NCBI GenBank assembly: GCA_964482415.1
Contig: CAYZXP010000003.1
Coordinates: forward strand, 1-41,392
Reading direction: 5' to 3'
Length of the DNA: 41,392 nt
Source: an uncultured Bifidobacterium sp.
GTDB taxonomy: Bacteria > Pseudomonadota > Gammaproteobacteria > Burkholderiales > Burkholderiaceae_D
The stretch's first letter is position 1. Each line of letters opens with the position of its first letter. The notes beneath the pieces were generated by a model that was given only the letters and a program-made list of their open reading frames with translations, was not told the DNA's origin and searched no databases. Of this stretch, positions 31,556 to 41,392 are shown one piece after another. The position numbers and the translations under genes were made by a program.

Positions 31556-32461
31556 ATGGAAGCTTTCCAGCGTATTGTCAGCATCATTTTTCCCGTTCTC
31601 CTGACCGTTGCCGTCGGCTATGCGTATGCGCGCATACGCGGCGACGTGATCAAGCGGGAAATGGCGGCGGTAAACCGCTACAGCGCCGAGTTGCTGTGCC
31701 CGTTGCTGTTGTTCTCGGCACTGGCGTCGAAGGATTTCGATGTGGCTGCGAACCTGCCGCTGATCCTCGCCGGCGGCCTGATCTCGCTGGGTTCGGGCCT
31801 GCTTGCGTGGCCCGTCGCGCGGCTGTTCGGCTTTGATGTGCGCACCTTCGTGCCGCCGATGATTTACAACAATTGCGGCAACATGGGCATCCCGCTGGCT
31901 ATTCTCGCGTTCGGCCCGTCCGGCCTGTCCGAAGCGGCGGCGATGTTCATGGCCGGCAGCCTGGTCTATTTCACGGTCGGCATCCGCATCCTCGAGAGCG
32001 GCCGCACGGGTTCGCGCAGCGCGACGCTTGCAATGTTCAAGAGCCCGATGATGCTGTCGATGATGGCCGGCATGCTGTTCGCGGTGCTGAAGGTGCGGCT
32101 GCCAGCCGAGCTGATGCAGGCGCTGCGCATGCTCGGCGAGGCGAGTATTCCGCTGATGCTGCTCGGGCTAGGCGTGCGCATGCTCGACGTGAATTTCCAC
32201 AGCTGGCGCATCGGACTGGTCGGCGCGCTGGTCTGCCCGCTGGCGGGCCTGGCCATTGCCGTCGGAATGGACCACGCACTGGCGCTGACCGCGGTGCAGC
32301 GCGGCCAGATGTACCTGTTTGCGTCGCTGCCGCCGGCCGTCTTCAGCTTCATCGTTGCCGAGTCCTACCAGCAGGAGCCGGACAAGGTTGCCGGCATCGT
32401 CATGCTCGGCAATATCGCGGCACTCGGTTTTGTACCGCTGGGACTGTGGATGGGCATGTAA
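31556..32461 (+). CDS. AEC (auxin efflux carrier) family transporter
   Basis: NCGNMGIPL motif; IPLMLLGLG; about 10 TM segments. Confidence 0.88.
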   Translation: MEAFQRIVSIIFPVLLTVAVGYAYARIRGDVIKREMAAVNRYSAELLCPLLLFSALASKDFDVAANLPLILAGGLISLGSGLLAWPVARLFGFDVRTFVPPMIYNNCGNMGIPLAILAFGPSGLSEAAAMFMAGSLVYFTVGIRILESGRTGSRSATLAMFKSPMMLSMMAGMLFAVLKVRLPAELMQALRMLGEASIPLMLLGLGVRMLDVNFHSWRIGLVGALVCPLAGLAIAVGMDHALALTAVQRGQMYLFASLPPAVFSFIVAESYQQEPDKVAGIVMLGNIAALGFVPLGLWMGM

Positions 32462-32491
32462 GCCCATCCGCACTGTCGCGGGCCGCGTTCG

Positions 32492-35362
<2,871 letters not shown>

Positions 35363-35550
35363 GTGGCCAGTGTGGGTGTGATCAGGGCCATGCTTTTTTG
35401 CAAAGCCCGTCGATCGTTGGGTGCGGGTCAACCTGTTACTATAGCGGGTTTTCGAAGCTCGTTTTGATCCCCGATTCCGACGCACTCTCGCGGTGCGCCT
35501 TGCCGCACGATCCCGCCATGCCATCTCCCCAGGAAGCTGTTTCAAACCGC

Positions 35551-36744
35551 ATGACCGCCACCGAAATCCGGGCAAGTGCGTCGCTCGCGTCGATCTTCGG
35601 CCTGCGCATGCTCGGACTCTTCCTGATCCTGCCAGTCTTTGCCGTGCATGCGAAATCCTTGCCCGGTGGTGACAATGCAACGCTCGTCGGCCTGGCGCTC
35701 GGCATGTACGGTCTGACGCAGGCCTTTGGCCAGATACCGTTCGGCATCGCGTCGGACCGGTTCGGCCGCAAGCCGGTGATCGTGATCGGATTGCTGCTCT
35801 TCATCATCGGTTCCCTGATCGCAGCGATCGACACCCATGTCATCTGGGTGGTGATCGGTCGCGCCGTGCAGGGCGCCGGTGCAGTGTCGGCAGCGGTGAC
35901 CGCGCTGATTGCCGACTCAACGCGCGACGAGCACCGCACCAAGGCGATGGCGCTGGTCGGCGCGTCGATCGGCCTGACCTATGCGGCGTCGCTGGTGGTT
36001 TCGCCGCTGCTGTATTCGGCGGTCGGCATGAGCGGCATGTTCCTGCTGGTGGCCGTGCTGGCTGCTGCTGCGATCGGCGTGGTGTTGTTCATCGTTCCGC
36101 CGGCGCCGCCGCGGTCGCCCGAGCGCGCGTCTTTCGTACAAGTGCTGCGCGAGCCCGAGCTGATGCGGATGAACTTCGGCGTGTTCGCGCTGCACGCGAT
36201 CCAGATGTCGATGTTTGTCGTGCTGCCGTCGGTTTTGGTGAATGCCGGCGGCGTGCCGCTCGACGAACACTGGAAGCTCTACCTGCCGGTAGTGCTGGTG
36301 TCGTTCGTGCTGATGCTGCCGCCGATCTTCATCGGTGAAAAAACCGGGCGAATGAAGCCGGTCTTCGTGTCGGCGATTACGCTGCTGCTGTTGGTCGAGT
36401 TCGGCCTGCGGGCGGCAGTCGCGCAGCCGCAGTTGTCGTTTGGCCTGCTGGTGGGTCTGCTGCTGGCCTTTTTCGTTGCGTTCAATATCCTCGAGGCGAG
36501 CCAGCCTTCGCTGGTGTCGCGGCTCGCGCCGACCGGTTCGCGCGGCGCGGCGCTCGGCGTGTACAACACGATGCAGGCGATCGGCCTGTTCGCCGGCGGC
36601 GCCGGCGGCGGCTGGCTGGCGCAGCGTTTCGGCGGGCCGGCCGTGTTCACCGCCGGCTGCCTGCTGACGGTGGCCTGGCTTATAATTGCCGCGTCCATGA
36701 AGAACCTGCCGCGGCGTGCAAAACGCGCGGCCGTTCCCACCTGA
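35551..36744 (+). CDS. MFS transporter, YajR-like
   Basis: [20 protein letters not shown]; typical position between uvrA and ssb (alternative start 35518). Confidence 0.9.
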   Translation: MTATEIRASASLASIFGLRMLGLFLILPVFAVHAKSLPGGDNATLVGLALGMYGLTQAFGQIPFGIASDRFGRKPVIVIGLLLFIIGSLIAAIDTHVIWVVIGRAVQGAGAVSAAVTALIADSTRDEHRTKAMALVGASIGLTYAASLVVSPLLYSAVGMSGMFLLVAVLAAAAIGVVLFIVPPAPPRSPERASFVQVLREPELMRMNFGVFALHAIQMSMFVVLPSVLVNAGGVPLDEHWKLYLPVVLVSFVLMLPPIFIGEKTGRMKPVFVSAITLLLLVEFGLRAAVAQPQLSFGLLVGLLLAFFVAFNILEASQPSLVSRLAPTGSRGAALGVYNTMQAIGLFAGGAGGGWLAQRFGGPAVFTAGCLLTVAWLIIAASMKNLPRRAKRAAVPT

Positions 36745-36784
36745 TTTTCTTTCCTCTTTTCTGCTTTCCATTCGGGAGATACGT

Positions 36785-37261
36785 ATGGCATCCGTCAACA
36801 AGGTCATCATCGTCGGCAACCTCGGGCGCGACCCCGAGACGCGTTACATGCCGAGCGGCGATGCGCTGACCAACATCGCGGTTGCGACCACCGACAAATG
36901 GAAGGACAAGGCGAGCGGCGAACAGAAGGAAGCGACCGAATGGCATCGCATTTCCTTCTTCGGCAAGCTCGCCGAGATCGCCGGCCAGTACCTGAAAAAG
37001 GGATCGCAGGTCTATGTCGAGGGCAAGCTGCGCACCCGTAAGTACACGGACAAGGACGGCGTCGAAAAATATTCGACCGAGATCGTCGGCGACGTGATGC
37101 AGATGCTGGGCAGCCGGCAGGGCATGGGCGGCGGCGCTGCCCAGATGGACGACGGCGGCTACGGCGGCGCACCGTCGCGCGCGCCGGCACAGGCGCCCGC
37201 GCGTGCCCCGGCTCGCCAGCCGTCGAACATCAACATCGAAGACGACGACATCCCGTTCTGA
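36785..37261 (+). CDS. ssb: Single-stranded DNA-binding protein
   Basis: [18 protein letters not shown]; C-terminal DDDIPF. Confidence 0.98.
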   Translation: MASVNKVIIVGNLGRDPETRYMPSGDALTNIAVATTDKWKDKASGEQKEATEWHRISFFGKLAEIAGQYLKKGSQVYVEGKLRTRKYTDKDGVEKYSTEIVGDVMQMLGSRQGMGGGAAQMDDGGYGGAPSRAPAQAPARAPARQPSNINIEDDDIPF

Positions 37262-37290
37262 TCTGAATCCTCACCCGCGCAGGCGCAGGC

Positions 37291-38058
37291 ATGGCACGGC
37301 TGCCTCGACTGGTCGTTGCGAACCACCTGCACCATGTCATTGCGCGCGGCAACAATGAGCAGTCGGTATTCATTGATGATGCCGACTGCCAGCAATTCCT
37401 CGATGGCCTGCGCGAAGCGGCCCGCCAGTATCGCGTAGCCGTCCACGGCTATGTACTGCTGCCGAATCGCGTGCAGCTGCTGGTCACGCCGACGGACGAC
37501 GCCGGCCTTGGCAAGATGATGCAAGCGATCGGCCGGCGCTATGTTCCGTATTTCAATGCCCGCCACCGCCGCAGCGGCAGCCTGTGGGAAGGGCGGTTCC
37601 GGACCACGGTGCTCGATGCCGATGCCTATTTCATGGAATGCGCACGCCTGCTTGAATACCAGCCGGTCAAGGCCGGCCTTGCCGCGGACATGGTGTCCTA
37701 TCCGTGGTCCAGTCATGCGCACCACCTCGGATTGCGCAAGCAGGCGTGGCTGACCGATCACGCGGCCTACTGGAAGCTCGGCAATACCCCGTTCGATCGT
37801 GAGATTGCGTATCAGGAGTTCTGTTCCCATCCGCCCGAACGCAAGCAGGTCGATGCCATCGAGGAGGCCACTTCGCGCGGCTGGGCATTAGGATCGGCAT
37901 CTTTCAAGGCCGCGCTGGCAAAGCTGACCGATCGGCGTTTGCAACCTGCACGGCGCGGCCGGCCACCGAAAGTCCTGCCGCCGGAAGCGCCGGTGCCGGA
38001 CCGGCCGGCAGTGCGGAAGACGCCTCGCGTGCGCAAGCCGGCTGCTTCGGCGAGCTAG
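37291..38058 (+). CDS. RAYT/Y1 (IS200-like) transposase-family protein with substituted catalytic residues
   Basis: MARLPR, HHVIARGNN, YFNARHRRSGSLWEGRF, YPWSS and RGRP family motifs; HUH site reads NRVQL. Confidence 0.88.
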   Translation: MARLPRLVVANHLHHVIARGNNEQSVFIDDADCQQFLDGLREAARQYRVAVHGYVLLPNRVQLLVTPTDDAGLGKMMQAIGRRYVPYFNARHRRSGSLWEGRFRTTVLDADAYFMECARLLEYQPVKAGLAADMVSYPWSSHAHHLGLRKQAWLTDHAAYWKLGNTPFDREIAYQEFCSHPPERKQVDAIEEATSRGWALGSASFKAALAKLTDRRLQPARRGRPPKVLPPEAPVPDRPAVRKTPRVRKPAASAS

Positions 38059-38105
38059 CCGGGGCGGAATTGTCATTAAGCTATTGGTTTTGCACGAATT
38101 TCAAT

Positions 38106-38172
38106 CTGTCCCTAATTTATTTTGCACCAGATTGACGCGAAGTAAATTTGGGTACTGACCCTAATTTATTTT
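38106..38172 (+). repeat. 18-bp direct repeat CTG(T/A)CCCTAATTTATTTT, two copies (38106-38123 and 38155-38172)
   Basis: 17/18 identity, 49-bp period; partial third copy GTCCCTATT at 38180-38188. Confidence 0.85.
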
Positions 38173-38174
38173 CG

Positions 38175-38203
38175 TTGAAGTCCCTATTGCATTGCACTAT
38201 CCT
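38175..38203 (+). promoter_or_regulatory. Putative sigma70 promoter of gltB
   Basis: TTGAAG, 17 nt, TATCCT, ending 32 nt upstream of the ATG; GGAG SD at 38225. Confidence 0.5.
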
Positions 38204-38235
38204 TTCCGGTTCTTCGAATGTTTTGGAGTTCCGCA

Positions 38236-41200
38236 ATGCAAGCGCAAGGCCTTTACGATCCTCAGAACGAACATGACGCTTGCGGCGTCGGTTTCATTGC
38301 CCATATCAAGGGCCAGAAAAGCCATTCGATCGTCGAGCAGGGTCTGCTCATCCTGAAAAACCTGGATCACCGCGGTGCCGTTGGCGCCGACCCGCTGATG
38401 GGCGACGGTGCCGGTATCCTGATCCAGATTCCCGACCAGTATTACCGCGAAGAGATGGCCAAGCAGGGCGTGACCCTGCCGCCGCCGGGCGAGTATGGCG
38501 TCGGCATGGTGTTCCTGCCGAAGGAGCATGCGTCGCGCATCGCCTGTGAGCAGGAGATCGAGCGTTCGGTGGCAGCCGAAGGCCAGGTCGTGCTCGGTTG
38601 GCGCGATGTGCCGATCGACGTCGACATGCCGATGTCGCCGACCGTGCGCGAAAAAGAGCCGGTGATCCGCCAGATCTTCATCGGCCGCGGTCCGGACGTG
38701 ATGGTCACCGATGCGCTCGAGCGCAAGCTGTATGTGATCCGCAAGTCGTCGGGCCATGCGATCCAGGCGCTGAACCTCCTGCATGGCAAGGAATTCTTCG
38801 TGCCGTCGATGTCGGCGCGGACCGTCGTTTACAAGGGCCTGCTGCTGGCCGACCAGGTCGGCGTCTACTACAAGGACCTGCAGGATCCGCGCTGCATCTC
38901 CGCGCTGGCCCTCGTGCACCAGCGCTTCTCGACCAACACCTTCCCGGAATGGCCGCTGGCGCACCCGTACCGGCTGCTCGCGCACAACGGCGAGATCAAC
39001 ACCGTCAAGGGCAACTTCAACTGGATGCGCGCCCGCGAAGGCGTGATGAAGTCGGCCGTGCTGGGCGACGACCTGAAGAAGCTGTTCCCGCTGATCTATG
39101 AAGGCCAGTCCGATACCGCCTGCTTCGACAACGCGCTCGAACTGCTGGTGATGGCCGGCTATCCGATCGCGCAGGCAATGATGATGATGATTCCGGAAGC
39201 GTGGGAAAACCACACGCTGATGGACGAAAGCCGCCGCGCCTTCTACGAATACCACGCTGCGATGATGGAGCCGTGGGACGGCCCCGCTGCCATGGCCTTC
39301 ACCGACGGACGCCACATCGGCGGTACGCTCGACCGCAACGGCCTGCGCCCGGCGCGTTACCTCGTGACCGATGACGACCTCGTCGTGATGGCGTCCGAAT
39401 CCGGCGTGCTGCCGATTCCGGACTCGAAGATCGTGCAGAAATGGCGTCTGCAGCCGGGCAAGATGTTCCTGATCGACCTCGACGCCGGCCGCATCATCGA
39501 CGACAAGGAACTCAAGGACACCTACGCTAGCGCCAAGCCGTACAAGCAGTGGATCGAATCGGTCCGCATCAAGCTCGACGATCTGACGGTCGATGCCGAG
39601 AAGCGCGCCGACAAGGCCACGCTGCTCGATCGCCAGCAGGCATTCGGTTACACGCAGGAAGACCTGAAGTTCCTGATGGCGCCGATGGCTGTCGCCGGCG
39701 AGGAAGCGACCGGTTCGATGGGCAATGACTCGCCGCTGGCCGTCATGTCCAACAAGAACAAGCCGCTGTACAACTACTTCAAGCAGCTGTTCGCACAGGT
39801 CACCAACCCGCCGATCGACCCGATCCGCGAAGCGATGGTGATGTCGCTGGTGTCCTTCATCGGTCCGAAGCCGAACCTGCTCGACACCAACAACATCAAT
39901 CCGCCGATGCGACTCGAAGTCGCGCAGCCGATCCTCGACTACAAGGACATCACGCGCCTGCGCAACATCAGCGCACATACCGGCGGCAAGTTCCGTTCGT
40001 TCGAACTGGACATCTGCTATCCGGCCGCATGGGGCAAGGAAGGCGTCGAGGCGCGCCTGGCGTCGCTGTGCGCGCAAGCCGTTGATGCGGTCAAGTCGGG
40101 CCACAACATCCTGATCGTGTCGGACCGTAACATCGACAAGGACAGCGTCGCGATTCCGGCGCTGCTGGCGACGTCGGCGATCCACCAGCATCTGGTCAGC
40201 AAGGGCCTGCGCACCTCGACCGGCCTGGTCGTCGAGACCGGATCGGCGCGCGAGACGCATCACTTCGCCCTGCTGGCCGGCTACGGCGCCGAAGCGATCC
40301 ACCCGTACCTCGCGATGGACACGCTGGTCGACATGGCCAAGGGCCTGCCGGGCGACCTGTCGGCAGAGAAGGCGATCTACAACTTCCAGAAGGCCGTCGG
40401 CAAGGGCCTGATGAAAGTCTTCTCGAAGATGGGCATCTCGACCTACATGTCCTACTGCGGCGCGCAGATCTTCGAAGCGATCGGCCTGAACAAGTCGCTG
40501 GTCGAGAAGTACTTCAGGGGCACCGCATCGAACGTCGAGGGCATCGGCGTGTTCGAGGTCGCCGAAGAGGCGATGCGCCTGCACAAGCTGGCCTTTGGCA
40601 CCGACCCGGTGCTGGCCAATGCGCTCGACGCGGGCGGCGAATACGCGTTCCGCGTGCGCGGCGAAGACCACATGTGGACGCCGGATTCGATCGCCAAGCT
40701 GCAGCACGCGACGCGCTCGAACAACTTCAGCACGTACAAGGAGTACGCGCAGATCATCAACGACCAGTCGAAGCGCCACATGACGCTGCGCGGCCTGTTC
40801 GAGTTCAAGATCGACCCGGCCAAGGCGATCCCGCTCGACGAAGTCGAATCGGCGAAAGAAATCGTGAAGCGCTTCGCGACCGGCGCGATGTCGCTCGGCT
40901 CGATCTCGACCGAAGCGCATTCGACGCTGGCGATCGCGATGAACCGCATCGGCGGCAAGTCCAACACCGGCGAAGGCGGTGAGGACGAGGCACGTTATCG
41001 CAACGAACTGCGCGGTATCCCGATCAAGAAGGGCGACACGCTCGCTTCCGTGATCGGCCAGGACCGCGTCGAGCGCGACATCGAACTGCTGCCGGGCGAT
41101 TCGCTGCGCTCGAAGATCAAGCAGGTCGCGTCGGGCCGCTTCGGTGTCACCACCGAGTACCTGACCTCGGCTGACCAGATCCAGATCAAGATGGCGCAGG

Positions 41201-41392
41201 GCGCGAAGCCGGGCGAAGGCGGTCAGCTGCCGGGCCACAAGGTGTCCGACTACATCGCCAAGCTGCGCTTCTCGGTGCCGGGCGTCGGCCTGATTTCGCC
41301 GCCGCCGCACCACGACATCTACTCGATCGAGGATCTTGCACAGCTGATCCACGACCTGAAGAACGTGAACCCGAAGGCCGACATCTCGGTCA
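38236..41392 (+). CDS. gltB: Glutamate synthase large subunit (runs off the 3' end; missing from the ORF track)
   Basis: My translation: [73 protein letters not shown]. Confidence 0.98.
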   Translation, partial: MQAQGLYDPQNEHDACGVGFIAHIKGQKSHSIVEQGLLILKNLDHRGAVGADPLMGDGAGILIQIPDQYYREEMAKQGVTLPPPGEYGVGMVFLPKEHASRIACEQEIERSVAAEGQVVLGWRDVPIDVDMPMSPTVREKEPVIRQIFIGRGPDVMVTDALERKLYVIRKSSGHAIQALNLLHGKEFFVPSMSARTVVYKGLLLADQVGVYYKDLQDPRCISALALVHQRFSTNTFPEWPLAHPYRLLAHNGEINTVKGNFNWMRAREGVMKSAVLGDDLKKLFPLIYEGQSDTACFDNALELLVMAGYPIAQAMMMMIPEAWENHTLMDESRRAFYEYHAAMMEPWDGPAAMAFTDGRHIGGTLDRNGLRPARYLVTDDDLVVMASESGVLPIPDSKIVQKWRLQPGKMFLIDLDAGRIIDDKELKDTYASAKPYKQWIESVRIKLDDLTVDAEKRADKATLLDRQQAFGYTQEDLKFLMAPMAVAGEEATGSMGNDSPLAVMSNKNKPLYNYFKQLFAQVTNPPIDPIREAMVMSLVSFIGPKPNLLDTNNINPPMRLEVAQPILDYKDITRLRNISAHTGGKFRSFELDICYPAAWGKEGVEARLASLCAQAVDAVKSGHNILIVSDRNIDKDSVAIPALLATSAIHQHLVSKGLRTSTGLVVETGSARETHHFALLAGYGAEAIHPYLAMDTLVDMAKGLPGDLSAEKAIYNFQKAVGKGLMKVFSKMGISTYMSYCGAQIFEAIGLNKSLVEKYFRGTASNVEGIGVFEVAEEAMRLHKLAFGTDPVLANALDAGGEYAFRVRGEDHMWTPDSIAKLQHATRSNNFSTYKEYAQIINDQSKRHMTLRGLFEFKIDPAKAIPLDEVESAKEIVKRFATGAMSLGSISTEAHSTLAIAMNRIGGKSNTGEGGEDEARYRNELRGIPIKKGDTLASVIGQDRVERDIELLPGDSLRSKIKQVASGRFGVTTEYLTSADQIQIKMAQGAKPGEGGQLPGHKVSDYIAKLRFSVPGVGLISPPPHHDIYSIEDLAQLIHDLKNVNPKADISV

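Noticed and set aside
35363-35680. N-terminal extensions given in the ORF track for uvrA (likewise yihA, kdsD, lptB, aroK, pilP, ssb, lptM)
   Set aside because: They overlap neighbouring genes or promoters; family-typical starts lie downstream
37291-38058. Active IS200/IS605 element or REP/BIME array
   Set aside because: Catalytic residues substituted; no tnpB; no left-end hairpin; no GTAG-type REP repeats seen in the window
38106-38172. Mini-CRISPR array
   Set aside because: Only two 18-bp copies, shorter than CRISPR repeats, and no cas genes
38197-41352. 1051-aa minus-strand ORF
   Set aside because: Antisense shadow of gltB, which is on the plus strand and absent from the track because it has no stop in the window

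Overview
GC-rich betaproteobacterial chromosomal window, probably Burkholderiales and possibly Oxalobacteraceae (inferred from gene order and protein signatures). It is mostly core genes: dsbD (5'-truncated), 1-Cys peroxiredoxin, an orphan ORF, hemB, yihA/engB, diheme cytochrome c4, system II cytochrome c biogenesis (resB/ccsB), msrPQ, lysA, lptM, cyaY, mrcA, pilMNOPQ, aroK, aroB, dgt, an enoyl-CoA hydratase-family gene, kdsD-kdsC-lptCAB-rpoN-hpf, a CPA2 antiporter, an AEC transporter, uvrA, a YajR-like MFS, ssb, a RAYT/Y1 transposase-like gene and gltB (3'-truncated). I saw no rRNA, tRNA, CRISPR, prophage or intact IS. Best leads: (1) the transposase-like gene between ssb and gltB is an intact ORF, but its HUH histidines and YxxxNP tyrosine are replaced. 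It is followed by an 18-bp direct repeat and a palindrome abutting the putative gltB promoter, so it is a candidate domesticated, nuclease-dead DNA-binding regulator. (2) An anti-hemB-like small RNA with CU-rich loops sits behind a sigmaE-like promoter. (3) A low-GC, rare-codon patch lies in the 3' end of rpoN. All assignments come from reading motifs by eye; no searches were run.
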